Source of the DNA: Prochlorococcus sp. AG-424-E18
Lineage (GTDB): Bacteria; Cyanobacteriota; Cyanobacteriia; PCC-6307; Cyanobiaceae
DNA: 64,000 bases
Direction: 5' to 3'
NCBI GenBank assembly: GCA_003210155.1
Contig: QCNC01000005.1
Span: 2,017 to 66,016, forward strand
Numbering within the stretch: the stretch's first letter is position 1; every line of letters starts with the position of its first letter. The notes under the pieces were generated by a model that saw only the letters and a list, made by a program, of their open reading frames with translations, did no database searches and had not been told where the DNA came from. Shown here piece after piece: positions 11,516 through 22,029 of the stretch. The position numbers were made by a program, and so were the translations under genes.

Positions 11516-13321
11516 ATGATTCTTCTGAACTCAAAAAAAAGGCTTTTAAACGCAGTAATAGTTTTAGTTTCTGGGATCATTATTTTTATTTTAGGTTTGG
11601 GTAATACAGGACTGGTGGATGAAACGCCCCCTTTATTTGCCGCTGCGGCAAGGGCGATGAGTGAATCTGGTGACTGGATAACTCCAAAGGTCAATGGAAT
11701 ATTTCGTTTTGATAAGCCTCCACTAATATATTGGCTAATGGGTTTTTTTTACTCATTGCCCAAAAGCGAGATTTGGGATAGTTACGGGACAATCTCAGCA
11801 AGACTTCCTTCAGCTTTGGGATCATTATTTTTAATGTTGATGATTGGAGATACTTTATTTTGTTGGCCACAGAAGAGTGACAGGCAATTCCTCACTCCAA
11901 TAGTTGCATCATTAGCCTTTGCTTTGTCTCCATTAATAATTATCTGGAGTAGAACTGCCGTGAGTGATGCTCTTTTAACTGGGACCTTGGGGATTAGCCT
12001 CCTTTTGTTTTGGAGAAGAATGGTAAGCGAAAATAATGACCAATGTATTTCAGCGTGGGTATTTTTAGGGTTTGCAATTTTAACTAAAGGACCTGTTGCA
12101 TTTGTTCTGGCATTATTGACCATTACATTTTTCTTATTTAGTCAGAAGGATTGGAAAACGTTGCTCAGTAAGATAAACCCTAAGAAAGGTTTTTTAATAA
12201 CAATAATTATAAGTGTTCCATGGTACATATTAGAATTCATAAAAGAGGGAAAGCCTTTTTGGGATAATTTTTTTGGATACCATAATTTTCAAAGATATAC
12301 CTCAGTTGTAAATAATCATGCCGAACCATTCTGGTTTTTTCTTTACATAATGATATTGGCTTCATTACCATTCACTCCTTTTTTGTATCACGGTATATTC
12401 AAGGCCTTTAAGGATTTCTTGAAAAGTTCAAAACAAAGTTTCAATGTCACTGACACCCTTTATACATATTCTCTATGTTGGTTAATATCAGTTTTAATTT
12501 TCTTTAGCCTTTCTGCTACGAAACTACCAAGCTATTGGTTGCCAGCAATTCCAGCAGCCTCAATCTTAATTAGTAATAGCTTTATAAACTTAAAAAATTC
12601 AAGTAAAAGTTATCTATATTTATGGATTTTTAATATTTTTATTTTGTTCGGTGTTTCAATGGCATTCTTTTTCTCAAATTATTGGTTAAGTTTAATAAAT
12701 GATCCCGAAATGCCTAATCTTGCATCTGAACTAATAAGCTCTGGTATAGTTTTTAAAGCCAAATTATTCTTCTCTTCATTTACACTGCTTGCAATAATTT
12801 TATTTTCTTTAAAATCCAGAAATATCATTCTTTATCTTCAAATTTTACTTTTAATTGGACAATCCTTTTTGATGTCGCCAATTAGAAAATTAGCAGACAC
12901 CTCTAGGCAATTACCTTTGAGGAATATCTCAAAATTAATTTCAGATACTCGCGAGGGGAAGGAAACTCTAGCAATGATTGGTATAAGAAAGCCTTCATTG
13001 CATTTTTATTCGAGGCAAATAGTTTTTTATGAACCAAGCACGGAAGAGGGATTAATTAATCTGTCAGAAAGGCTAAATATAGATAGGAGAGAAAATTATG
13101 AGGATCAGCCTGATTATGAATACAAATCTCTGTTGGTCGTAATAGATGAATACTCTAGCCGCCGTCATCAATGGTCAAAAATTAATCATCAAAAATTGGG
13201 CAAATTTGGGATTTATAATTTATGGCGAATTCAAACAAGAGATTTAAAAAAGTATTCGAGTTTTTTAGTTAAAAGTGGTTATAAATCTGACTGGGAAAAT
13301 AGAAAAGTTGAAAAATTTTAA
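11516..13321 (+). CDS. ArnT/PMT-family (GT39/83) membrane glycosyltransferase
   Basis: DETPP...FDKPPLIYW, LTKGP, TKLPSYWLP. Confidence 0.88.
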   Translation: MILLNSKKRLLNAVIVLVSGIIIFILGLGNTGLVDETPPLFAAAARAMSESGDWITPKVNGIFRFDKPPLIYWLMGFFYSLPKSEIWDSYGTISARLPSALGSLFLMLMIGDTLFCWPQKSDRQFLTPIVASLAFALSPLIIIWSRTAVSDALLTGTLGISLLLFWRRMVSENNDQCISAWVFLGFAILTKGPVAFVLALLTITFFLFSQKDWKTLLSKINPKKGFLITIIISVPWYILEFIKEGKPFWDNFFGYHNFQRYTSVVNNHAEPFWFFLYIMILASLPFTPFLYHGIFKAFKDFLKSSKQSFNVTDTLYTYSLCWLISVLIFFSLSATKLPSYWLPAIPAASILISNSFINLKNSSKSYLYLWIFNIFILFGVSMAFFFSNYWLSLINDPEMPNLASELISSGIVFKAKLFFSSFTLLAIILFSLKSRNIILYLQILLLIGQSFLMSPIRKLADTSRQLPLRNISKLISDTREGKETLAMIGIRKPSLHFYSRQIVFYEPSTEEGLINLSERLNIDRRENYEDQPDYEYKSLLVVIDEYSSRRHQWSKINHQKLGKFGIYNLWRIQTRDLKKYSSFLVKSGYKSDWENRKVEKF

Positions 13322-13569
13322 CAAAGTCTTTTTTTAAGAAGAGCATTTTTTAAATCATCAATGCTGCACTTGCTTGGGATATCGATTTTATTTAAATCTT
13401 CCATTAATTCGAGATCGATGACAGAATCTTCTGCTAAAAAACTAAAAACTTCATTAATGCTTATTCCCATATCTTGAGCCATCTCTGAGATAAGCCGTAG
13501 AGTATCCCTCCTCACAGAAATCCTTAGATCTAAAGGGATATATTCATTTTCAGGATTTGCTGACTTCAT
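13318..13569 (-). CDS. conserved hypothetical protein (possible ribbon-helix-helix)
   Basis: 83-aa ORF; LRISVRRDTLRLISEMAQDMGISINEV resembles an RHH pattern. Confidence 0.6.
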   Translation of the reverse strand: MKSANPENEYIPLDLRISVRRDTLRLISEMAQDMGISINEVFSFLAEDSVIDLELMEDLNKIDIPSKCSIDDLKNALLKKRLC

Positions 13570-13662
13570 AAACTAAATCTTAAGACATTATTTAGTTATC
13601 AGGATATAATCTTTACAATATTCATTAATCATGCTTTTTAGTAAAACTTTCATCTAAGTTTT

Positions 13663-14448
13663 TTATATAAATAAATTCATAAACATTTTTAATAGAGGAA
13701 TTGTAATTATTGAAATTAAGGTTGTAGTAAAAAGAATTTTAGACGCAATTTTTTGTTTCACACCATAAGCCTCTGCCATTAAAATTGTTGATATTGCCGT
13801 TGGGGTTGCTGCCTGAAGAATTACTGCAGATGATTGATAGAAGTTAAAATTTAAGAATTTGCTTACTAAAAAAATAATAAAGGGAAGAATAAATAACTTT
13901 AATAGAATTGAAAATTTAATTTCTTCATTTAGATCCAAAATCCTCTCATTTTGATTTGTGATTATTCCAAGTCTTGTTCCCACAACTATTATTGCCAAAG
14001 CAATAACGATTCTTGCAGGAATCCAAAGATAATTGCCTAAAATTTCATCTATTTGAAAAAGATATGCAAGAAGTACACCAATGATCCCTCTTGATGCAGG
14101 GCTATTTATTAATGCATTAAATAGTCCTTTGATGTTTGGGATGTTATTGTTGTTGGATTTTTCTTGAAGAAAAAAAGGTCCAAAGATCCAAGCGAAAAGT
14201 GTTGTTCCTAAATCAAATCCAATAGTGAAATTTATAGTTTTTGAAGGTAGAAGAGCTAGCGCAATTGGTATCCCAAGAAATGATGTATTACCAATTAGGC
14301 CTGCTAGCTGCAATGTGTAATTTGGAAGCCTCTTTTTAAATATTGGGATTATATTTATTAAAGTTATTAAAAATCCAATTACAGAAAATGCTAAAAATGC
14401 ACTTTTAATTAGGTTTATATCTATACCTTCCTTTAATAGGAGACCCAT
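13663..14448 (-). CDS. AEC (auxin efflux carrier) family transporter; true start probably upstream (~14575)
   Basis: GNTSFLGIP, ILQAATPTAI motifs; frame stays open and hydrophobic upstream of the annotated ATG. Confidence 0.8.
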   Translation of the reverse strand: MGLLLKEGIDINLIKSAFLAFSVIGFLITLINIIPIFKKRLPNYTLQLAGLIGNTSFLGIPIALALLPSKTINFTIGFDLGTTLFAWIFGPFFLQEKSNNNNIPNIKGLFNALINSPASRGIIGVLLAYLFQIDEILGNYLWIPARIVIALAIIVVGTRLGIITNQNERILDLNEEIKFSILLKLFILPFIIFLVSKFLNFNFYQSSAVILQAATPTAISTILMAEAYGVKQKIASKILFTTTLISIITIPLLKMFMNLFI

Positions 14449-14653
14449 TACACTTAATGGAATGCCAAATCTTATGAGAGGTCTTGCTATATATTTTGAA
14501 ATCTTTGGATTCTTTTTTCCCAGAAGAAAACCAAAAATTAAAAAAGGAATAATATTTATAAATAGTGAGTAGATGGTATTAATTAAATATTTATTAAAGC
14601 AATCTTAACTCGCCGTAGTGAAGTCAAAAAGTTTTTTATTGTTAATTGAGAAT

Positions 14654-14878
14654 TTAAATTATTTTCCAGATCGCTTTGTCAGGAATTAGAGGAGATTTAT
14701 ATAAATTTTCTGGTTCTTTAGTCAAAACTCTCCATGTAGGAACCCGACAAGTTACGTAAGCAGGACTTTCTATTAAAACTCCTGGGTTCTCATCAAAAGT
14801 ACATGTAAAACCTTCTTTCCAATATCCGCCATTGTTAAGGCTTCCTTTAAACCAAACCCAGCATTTTGAAGTTTTCAA
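14654..14878 (-). CDS. conserved hypothetical protein
   Basis: 74-aa Trp-rich ORF (WVWFKG...CRVPTWRV). Confidence 0.65.
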   Translation of the reverse strand: MKTSKCWVWFKGSLNNGGYWKEGFTCTFDENPGVLIESPAYVTCRVPTWRVLTKEPENLYKSPLIPDKAIWKII

Positions 14879-14962
14879 AATCAGTAAATTTTTGTCCTAT
14901 TTTAATCAAGATTTAAGTAATAAATCGAAAGTTTATTACTTTTAAAAAAATTATTACTTATT

Positions 14963-15220
14963 TTAGTTTTTTGAAAAATATATTTTAGAGATTAATATCA
15001 ATAAATTTAAGATCAGGGTAATTAAATTTGCTATCAATATTGGTGTAGAAGAAATTTTATAACCGTAAATAATCCAAGACAAAACACCGATAATAAACAT
15101 TATTAATGTTGCCAAAGAAACATCATCTGCCTTTTTTGTTTTTAAAGTTTTTATCAATTGAGGTAGAAATGCCGCTGTTGTTAAAATCGCTGCAAAATAT
15201 CCAAATATATCTACATTCAT
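14963..15220 (-). CDS. SemiSWEET/PQ-loop sugar transporter
   Basis: AAILTTAAFLPQLIKT, three TM helices. Confidence 0.9.
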   Translation of the reverse strand: MNVDIFGYFAAILTTAAFLPQLIKTLKTKKADDVSLATLIMFIIGVLSWIIYGYKISSTPILIANLITLILNLLILISKIYFSKN

Positions 15221-15236
15221 AAAAATATTTTAAAAA

Positions 15237-15974
15237 CTATTCTTTAATTAAATCAGTCAAAAATCCTAAGGGATCCCTCATATTTGATGAATATCCAAGC
15301 ACATCGTTTGAAAAAAATTTATAAATAATTTGATTTTTATTATTCAATAGAAAAGAAGCTCCTCTTTGAGGTAGGTATTCTTCATTAAGAATATAATCAC
15401 TCCAATTTTGAATTATTTCATTCATATTATTTAATCTAAATGTTGCCAATTCAAACGGTCTCAAATAACCATCCCCAAAAACCTTTTTAAAAGAATTACC
15501 TGAAAATTTTAAAAATTTTAAAACATCAATTTTGTCAAATTCTGAATAGATTTGCCTTGCTTTTCGGTCGCCGGTATAACCTCTAATAACTTCTTTAATT
15601 GTTTTGAAAGAATTTATCCCTGATAACATCAAAAGCATATTGATCCAACCCCCTAAACCAATATCTAATCCTCTTGAGACTTTAAGATTATTATGGATTT
15701 GATTATCAGAAACAACTATTAAATTTTCTTTGTGAAAGCCTGTGAATTTACAGAATTTTTCTTTCCCATTTTGATTCCCAATAGCAACAGCAAAAATATC
15801 TAGATTTTGATCTTGATTTTTATCGATAAAACTTTTTAAATTTATTGCATATTCAAAGCTATCAAAATCTCCCAATAAACCAAATAAAACAATTAATTTG
15901 AATTTTTTATGCCCATTAAATTTGTATTCATCAATGATTTTATTTAGATTGTTATCAGAAGTTTTACTATTCAT
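15237..15974 (-). CDS. AhpC/TSA-like (peroxiredoxin-like) protein
   Basis: LGDFDSFEYA, RPFELATFRLNNM, QRGASF; thioredoxin-fold family by recall. Confidence 0.7.
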   Translation of the reverse strand: MNSKTSDNNLNKIIDEYKFNGHKKFKLIVLFGLLGDFDSFEYAINLKSFIDKNQDQNLDIFAVAIGNQNGKEKFCKFTGFHKENLIVVSDNQIHNNLKVSRGLDIGLGGWINMLLMLSGINSFKTIKEVIRGYTGDRKARQIYSEFDKIDVLKFLKFSGNSFKKVFGDGYLRPFELATFRLNNMNEIIQNWSDYILNEEYLPQRGASFLLNNKNQIIYKFFSNDVLGYSSNMRDPLGFLTDLIKE

Positions 15975-16113
15975 GCTTAAAGATTTTTGAGTAGATTATT
16001 TTTAAAAGCTTTTTCTTACCTTTATTAGTATAAAATTTAACTTGAAAAAGTCTTTTTTGGAGAAATTTTTCGTTTGTTTGTTTCTATTATTTTAAAGAAA
16101 ACAATTTAAATTT

Positions 16114-16638
16114 ATGACAGTAGGAATTTATTACGCAACTACAACTGGAAAAACTGAAGATGTCGCAGATCGTCTTCACAACTTTATTCCTTCAGCAGTA
16201 TCACCAAAAGATGTATCAGATGTTGATGATCTTTCAGAATTTGAAAATCTTGAAGGTATTATTTGTGGCCTGCCAACTTGGAATACTGGAGCGGACGAGG
16301 AGAGATCTGGAACTTCGTGGGATTCAATATTAGAAGATATAGGCAAACTAAATTTATCAGGAAAAAAAGTAGCAATTTTTGGTTTAGGAGATTCTTCTAC
16401 CTATACTGAAAATTATTGTGATGCAATGGAAGAACTTCATAGCTACTTCACAAAAGCAGGCGCTGAAATGGTCGGTTACGTAGATAAATCTTCTTATACA
16501 TTTGATGAATCTAAAAGTGTTATAGGGGAAAGCTTTTGTGGATTACCTCTTGATGAGGATAGTGAATCTGATTTGACCGATTCGCGTCTTGAGGCATGGG
16601 CTTCTCAGCTTAAAGGTGAAATCCCCTCTTTGGCTTAA
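16114..16638 (+). CDS. isiB: flavodoxin
   Basis: YATTTGKTE FMN loop, PTWNTG, FGLGD, GLPLDED. Confidence 0.95.
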   Translation: MTVGIYYATTTGKTEDVADRLHNFIPSAVSPKDVSDVDDLSEFENLEGIICGLPTWNTGADEERSGTSWDSILEDIGKLNLSGKKVAIFGLGDSSTYTENYCDAMEELHSYFTKAGAEMVGYVDKSSYTFDESKSVIGESFCGLPLDEDSESDLTDSRLEAWASQLKGEIPSLA

Positions 16639-16742
16639 ATTTTTGACAAAAAACCTAAAAAAATAGTCAATTTAATAAATTAAAACTTTCTATCCCAATT
16701 AGAGATGCCTTTTTGTATGATTGCTTGTAAATCTTAAAAATA

Positions 16743-17396
16743 ATGAAAAATTTAAAAGAACAGAGTTGCAAAGATATTTTTAAAAATGCTTATGAAAAAA
16801 GATATACATGGAATACTGATTTCAAAGGCTATAAAGGCAAGTGTACTTATTTATTTGAAGATAATTCTTATGAGGGTGAGTTCTTATTAGGTGAAGACTT
16901 TAAACCTGAGATTAAAAATATAGATGAAGAAAACATAAAGAAAAGTATTGCTTCTCAATTGTTTGAAGTGTGTATTCACAGGGTAAAAAGAGAATTTAAT
17001 TCAGTTCATTCAGAAAATAATTTTAATTTACTTAAAAGTTCTGAAAATGGGATTGAAATGAATGTTTCTGGGAGAAATGAAGGAGATAAGTATAGGGTTA
17101 AAGATGATTGTATTAATATGGTTTATAGAAAAATTCATGGAACAATTATTGAGATTTTTGTTGAGGAATTTTTTGATACTGGAGTTGGTTTTCTTAGTAA
17201 GAAATATACTAGTCAACAAATTAATCCAAAAACCCTAGAATCAAATTCTCAAAAAATTGAATACAAAGATGAATTTATAAATATAGGTAAAAAAGATTAT
17301 TGGATTTTAAATTCGAGATCAATAAAATATTTAAACCAAAATCAAGAAGAAGAAATACAAAAGTTTGTTTTCGAGGATTTAAGTTTATTGAAATAA
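16743..17396 (+). CDS. DUF3386-like protein
   Basis: FKNAYEKRYTW...IHRVKREF motifs. Confidence 0.7.
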   Translation: MKNLKEQSCKDIFKNAYEKRYTWNTDFKGYKGKCTYLFEDNSYEGEFLLGEDFKPEIKNIDEENIKKSIASQLFEVCIHRVKREFNSVHSENNFNLLKSSENGIEMNVSGRNEGDKYRVKDDCINMVYRKIHGTIIEIFVEEFFDTGVGFLSKKYTSQQINPKTLESNSQKIEYKDEFINIGKKDYWILNSRSIKYLNQNQEEEIQKFVFEDLSLLK

Positions 17397-17401
17397 GTTT
17401 T

Positions 17402-17647
17402 TTATTCAACCAATCTAAATCCTTTATCAAGTAGTTTTTGATAAAGAAGTCTTGCTCTGAAGGCTAAAATTTGTTCTTCATTTTCATTACTAATTACATG
17501 AAAATAATTATTGTCTAATTTGTTTTTGCTAAAACACACGTTTGCTTCACCTAATCTTAAAGTCCAGTTTTCTTCTTTAGCTAAGTGTTGATTAGGTCCT
17601 AGATCCCAAGGGCATTTTTCAGGATATTTTTCTCTTTTAGAGCCCAT
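17402..17647 (-). CDS. hypothetical protein
   Basis: 81-aa ORF with ATG start. Confidence 0.6.
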   Translation of the reverse strand: MGSKREKYPEKCPWDLGPNQHLAKEENWTLRLGEANVCFSKNKLDNNYFHVISNENEEQILAFRARLLYQKLLDKGFRLVE

Positions 17648-17743
17648 ATTTTTAATATTATCTATCCAATATTAGTAAAAATTTAAAAGTATGGCTATAG
17701 ATCTTTGTTCAAAGCTTTATCTGAAATGCAGTAAAGCTATTAT

Positions 17744-18382
17744 TTACTTTTTACTTGCAATCAAGCAATAAAATGGGTCTTTACTAAAAAAATTGAAGAT
17801 ATTTTGGACTGGTTCATTAAACTTTTTAATTATTCTTGGCTCATTAAATCCGTTTGATATTAAGACTTTTCTTACATATTTAATTCTCTCTTCTTCAGTG
17901 GATGAAGTCCAAATGTTGGGAGCCTTATGCCAAAATGCTCTATTTGAAAAAGATATTATAAACTTGCCATCATTACTCAAAATTCTTACGATTTCTCTAG
18001 ATAAATTTTCTGGGTATTGTAAATATTGCCAAGCTGCGACCATTAAACAGAAATCAACACTTTCATTATCTAAAGGAATTTCTTGATTTAAATTGAAATT
18101 TTGTATCCAATAAGTATCAAAAATTTTATTTTTCTCAAGTTCTTGTTTGTTTAATCCATGCCCAATAACTTTTTTATATTTTTTCTCTTGAGGTAAGTAA
18201 CTATCCCAGCTGGACATTAAATCTAGGACAGTTGAATTGTCTGAAATTTCTTTTTTATAAACATTTGATAGATATTGCCTGAAGTTCGCATCTAAATGAT
18301 AAACAAATTTTGGGTCAGAATAAAATTCTTCATCATTGCTCTCATCAAGTTTTTTTCTTTGATAATTATTTAGAACTTCCAA
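17744..18382 (-). CDS. SAM-dependent methyltransferase
   Basis: FYSDPKFVYHLD, VLDLMSSWDSYLP, ISFSNR. Confidence 0.85.
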   Translation of the reverse strand: MEVLNNYQRKKLDESNDEEFYSDPKFVYHLDANFRQYLSNVYKKEISDNSTVLDLMSSWDSYLPQEKKYKKVIGHGLNKQELEKNKIFDTYWIQNFNLNQEIPLDNESVDFCLMVAAWQYLQYPENLSREIVRILSNDGKFIISFSNRAFWHKAPNIWTSSTEEERIKYVRKVLISNGFNEPRIIKKFNEPVQNIFNFFSKDPFYCLIASKK

Positions 18383-18541
18383 AACGATTATTAAGTGATC
18401 TAATTCAAATTTAATAAATAGTTATTCATATTGTGATTCAAAAATATATTTTGCATTTAATTAATTAAAGATTTTTAAAAAAGCTAGACATCTATTAAAA
18501 AAAAGTTAAATTAATAATTAATAATTAATAATTTTGTAAAA

Positions 18542-18712
18542 ATGATTGAATTCAAAAGGAGCAAAAAAAGTAGATCTAAAAATGCCCTTTTCAATCCCTA
18601 TAAAAACGGAATAAGTCAATACGATATGGCATATCTTTCATCAAAAAAAGTTTTAAAAAATAAAACTTTTAATCTACAAAATGATTTTCAAAAAGATAAT
18701 TTAGCTGCATAA
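18542..18712 (+). CDS. small basic hypothetical protein, 56 aa (not in ORF track)
   Basis: MIEFKRSKKSRSKNALFNPYKNGISQYDMAYLSSKKVLKNKTFNLQNDFQKDNLAA*; stop lies 2 nt before the next ATG. Confidence 0.6.
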   Translation: MIEFKRSKKSRSKNALFNPYKNGISQYDMAYLSSKKVLKNKTFNLQNDFQKDNLAA

Positions 18713-18714
18713 AT

Positions 18715-19047
18715 ATGCCTTATATTAATGTTTCTACTTCAGCAAAAATAGAGGATAAGAAGAAATTACTTGAAGAAATTTCAATATTAGTCGCGTCTTT
18801 AACAAATAAATCAAAAAGATTTGTTATGGCTAAGTTAGATGATAATTTAGAAATGTATTTTGATGATGAAAGACCTTGTTGTTTTTTAGAAATTAAGTCG
18901 ATAGGCTCTTTAAATCCTTCAGAGATGGCAAAGCAAATATCTAATTTTGTTTATGAAAAAATTGGAATTCCAATAGATAAAATTTATATTTCTTTCGAGG
19001 ATGTGCCCGCTTCATTATGGGCTTGGAATGGAAGAACCTTTGGTTAA
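18715..19047 (+). CDS. MIF / phenylpyruvate tautomerase family protein
   Basis: N-terminal catalytic Pro (MPYINVST), C-terminal WAWNGRTF. Confidence 0.92.
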   Translation: MPYINVSTSAKIEDKKKLLEEISILVASLTNKSKRFVMAKLDDNLEMYFDDERPCCFLEIKSIGSLNPSEMAKQISNFVYEKIGIPIDKIYISFEDVPASLWAWNGRTFG

Positions 19048-19074
19048 TAATTTATTATTTTAGGTACTAATTTA

Positions 19075-19461
19075 ATGGAAATAAATAAATTAGCTGATTT
19101 AAACAGTCTTAGAACTGCTCCTCATTTAAGCAGTAGTCAAGAAAAAAAACTATTAATAGAATTAGAAACTAATATTTATAATGCCGATTGGATAACAATA
19201 GGAATAATGGCAGCTTCTGATACCAAAGCTATTGAAGCACTGAAATCAATTTCTAATAAATATTCCTCAATAAAATTTGGTAATTTAGATTCGCTTCATG
19301 CTGATGGATATGTTTTTTTAAAAGGCAACCAAAAAACTGGTAATGTTTTTGTTAGATCTGAGAATGGTCTGGGAGAAGGAATTTTAATAACTTGCCAATA
19401 TGATGAAGATGCAGAAGAATCTAATACTTTTGGACCTTTGCCATTAGATTTTTTTTCATGA
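19075..19461 (+). CDS. DUF1824-like protein
   Basis: WITIGIMA, VFLKGNQKTG, TFGPLPLDFF. Confidence 0.75.
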   Translation: MEINKLADLNSLRTAPHLSSSQEKKLLIELETNIYNADWITIGIMAASDTKAIEALKSISNKYSSIKFGNLDSLHADGYVFLKGNQKTGNVFVRSENGLGEGILITCQYDEDAEESNTFGPLPLDFFS

Positions 19462-19613
19462 TTAATTTCTAATTTATGTTTATATTGGATTAAGTTTTAT
19501 GCTATCCAAATACCAGATAATGCTTCTCAGAAATTAGAGTTAAAAATATTTTTTGTTTTAAGTTTTGTTATTATGTTTAATGGCATTGATCTAAATTCTA
19601 AACTTCTTAAAAT

Positions 19614-20483
19614 TTGATGTTTTTTCAGGATATAATTCAAAATTTAAATAATTTTTGGTCCAAAGAGGGTTGTTTAATTATGCAGCCATATGATACTGAA
19701 AAGGGTGCTGGTACAATGAGTCCTCATACTTTTTTGAGGGCAATTGGACCCGAACCTTGGTCTGTTGCATATGCTGAGCCATGTAGAAGACCCACAGACG
19801 GAAGATTTGGTGATAACCCTAATCGTGCACAACATTATTTTCAATATCAAGTAATAATTAAGCCTTCCCCAGATGGGATCCAAGAAAAATATTTGAAATC
19901 TCTGGAATCTCTTGGAATAGAGGCTAAAAATCATGACATAAGATTTGTTGAAGATAATTGGGAGTCGCCAACTCTTGGAGCTTGGGGCGTAGGTTGGGAA
20001 GTATGGCTAGACGGAATGGAAGTTACTCAATTCACTTATTTTCAACAATGCGGGGGAGTTGATTGTCAACCAATACCAATTGAAATTACATACGGTTTAG
20101 AGAGAATTGCAATGTTTTTGCAGGATAAAGAAAGTATCTGGGACTTAAATTGGAATAAAGATCTGAAATACAGCGATATTTGGCTTCAATTTGAAAAAGG
20201 TCAATGTTCATATAATTTCTCTGAATCAAATCCTGAAAATCTCAGAAAATTATTTGAGATATATCAAGATGAAGCAAATTCATTAATTGAAAAGAAGCTA
20301 ACTTACCCCGCGCTTGATTATGTTTTAAAGTGTAGTCATAGCTTTAATTTGCTTGATGCTAGAGGCGTAATATCAGTAACTGATCGTGCCCAGTATATAG
20401 AAAAAATCAGAAAGTTAGCTAGAGAAGTCGCGTCTTCATGGATACTAGAGAGGGAACGCATGGGCTTTCCCTTAGTAAAGTAA
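19614..20483 (+). CDS. glyQ: glycine--tRNA ligase alpha subunit
   Basis: [38 protein letters not shown]. Confidence 0.98.
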   Translation: MMFFQDIIQNLNNFWSKEGCLIMQPYDTEKGAGTMSPHTFLRAIGPEPWSVAYAEPCRRPTDGRFGDNPNRAQHYFQYQVIIKPSPDGIQEKYLKSLESLGIEAKNHDIRFVEDNWESPTLGAWGVGWEVWLDGMEVTQFTYFQQCGGVDCQPIPIEITYGLERIAMFLQDKESIWDLNWNKDLKYSDIWLQFEKGQCSYNFSESNPENLRKLFEIYQDEANSLIEKKLTYPALDYVLKCSHSFNLLDARGVISVTDRAQYIEKIRKLAREVASSWILERERMGFPLVK

Positions 20484-20615
20484 GATTTATATCTCGAAAG
20501 TATCAGAATGTTATTTCCTAAGGTAAAGAAATATACATGACAAAGTGATTTTTTATTTTTGGATTATTTCTACCAAATTTTTGTTGTAAGGTAACAAAAA
20601 TAACAATTTTAATAA

Positions 20616-21644
20616 ATGAAATTAAAGAATTATTTAAAAAGGCTATTTTTTACTTCAGTGACATTATCGCTACTTCTAAATAATCAACCTGTAAATTCTG
20701 CAGAGAAAGAGGTTAGGTTATTTTCTGGTAGACATTACAATACAGATAAAGAGGTTTATCAAAAATTTCAAGAACAAACTGGCATCAAAGTTAGATATAT
20801 AGAAACAGATGGAAAAGCTATAATTGAGCGCTTAAAAAGAGAGGGTAAAAATTCTCAGGCTGATTTAGTAATTCTTGTTGATGCAGCAAGAATTGAAAAT
20901 GCATCAAAGGCAAATTTATTTCAAAAAATTAATTCAAATATTCTAGAAAATAGTGTTCCAAATAATTTAAGAGATCCTAGAAATAAATGGTTTGGCCTTA
21001 CTAGGCGATTAAGGGTAATCATCACAAATCCGGATATTGTGGATATTACAAAAATCAAAAATTTTGAGGATCTAACCAATCCTTCTTTTAAAGGAAAAGT
21101 ATGTCTAAGAAATAGAAAAAGTCCTTATAATCAATCTTTGGTTTCTAATCAAATAGCAAAGAAAGGCGTTGGCCAAACAAAAATTTGGCTTAAGGGTTTG
21201 ATATCAAATGTCTCCACTCCCTATTTTTCTGGAGATTCTTCATTAATAAGAGCTGTAGGGCAGGGAACGTGCGGTATTGGAATCGTTAATCATTATTATG
21301 TCGCAAGGATGCTTGATGGAGTTAAAGGCCCAAGAGATGCTTCTTTAGCAGAAAAAATAAAATTAATAATACCCAATCCTGCGCATGTAAATATAACTGC
21401 TGGGGGCGTATATAAATATGCAGAAAACAAGACTGAGGCTATTAAACTTCTTGAATATTTAGCTTCTAGTGAAGGTAGTCAAGGTTTAGCTAATAAAACT
21501 TATGAGCACCCTTTAAAGGAATCAAGTCAAAATAGAATTGTTAGTAAATTTGGAGATTTCACTCCAGATAATGTGACTATAAAAGAAATTGGCAAATTCA
21601 ATAGTAAGGCAATAGAAATAATGAAAGAAACTGGTTGGAATTAA
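20616..21644 (+). CDS. futA: Fe(III) ABC transporter substrate-binding protein (FutA/IdiA)
   Basis: Signal peptide, SGRHY, SPYNQSL, VNHYY tyrosine iron ligands. Confidence 0.92.
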   Translation: MKLKNYLKRLFFTSVTLSLLLNNQPVNSAEKEVRLFSGRHYNTDKEVYQKFQEQTGIKVRYIETDGKAIIERLKREGKNSQADLVILVDAARIENASKANLFQKINSNILENSVPNNLRDPRNKWFGLTRRLRVIITNPDIVDITKIKNFEDLTNPSFKGKVCLRNRKSPYNQSLVSNQIAKKGVGQTKIWLKGLISNVSTPYFSGDSSLIRAVGQGTCGIGIVNHYYVARMLDGVKGPRDASLAEKIKLIIPNPAHVNITAGGVYKYAENKTEAIKLLEYLASSEGSQGLANKTYEHPLKESSQNRIVSKFGDFTPDNVTIKEIGKFNSKAIEIMKETGWN

Positions 21645-21698
21645 CAAAAATCTAAATATATTTTTAGTATAAATTTTTTAATTTATATTTTAAATATG

Positions 21699-21783
21699 GG
21701 AGAGGTGGCTGAGTGGTCGAAAGCGAACGACTCGAAATCGTTTAATAGGTAACTATTCGTGGGTTCGAATCCCACCCTCTCCG
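21699..21783 (+). tRNA. tRNA-Ser (anticodon CGA)
   Basis: Acceptor GGAGAGG/CCTCTCC+G, anticodon arm AACGA-CT CGA AA-TCGTT, long variable arm, GGTTCGAATCC T-loop. Confidence 0.97.
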
Positions 21784-21820
21784 TTAATTTATCGTTTCTG
21801 GAAGTCCCAATAATAAAATA

Positions 21821-21843
21821 AGAGGGCATTTATTTGCCCTCTT
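21821..21843 (+). terminator. hairpin after tRNA-Ser (possibly bidirectional terminator)
   Basis: AGAGGGCA-TTTATT-TGCCCTCT inverted repeat. Confidence 0.6.
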
Positions 21844-21880
21844 CGAGTCTTATGCACCTCGCTGTCCACAAAGTCGATGA

Positions 21881-22029
21881 AGTGCTTTTGACTCCTGAAT
21901 TATTTCTACTCCTACTTAATTAGAAAAGATAGTAGCGACAACCGCAAAGCACTAATACTCGGGTATTAATACTCTATTAATTTCATATGAATAAGAGGAT
22001 AATTAAGGAGTAGAGATATAGGAGGTTTT
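21881..22029 (+). promoter_or_regulatory. structured 5' leader sequestering a Shine-Dalgarno sequence
   Basis: ACTCCTGAATTATTTCTACTCCTACTTAATTA (21891-21922) is largely complementary to TAATTAAGGAGTAGAGATATAGGAGGT (22000-22026). Confidence 0.7.

Noticed and set aside
18505-18535. TTAATAA tandem repeats
   Set aside because: Low-complexity AT-rich sequence; no spacer structure
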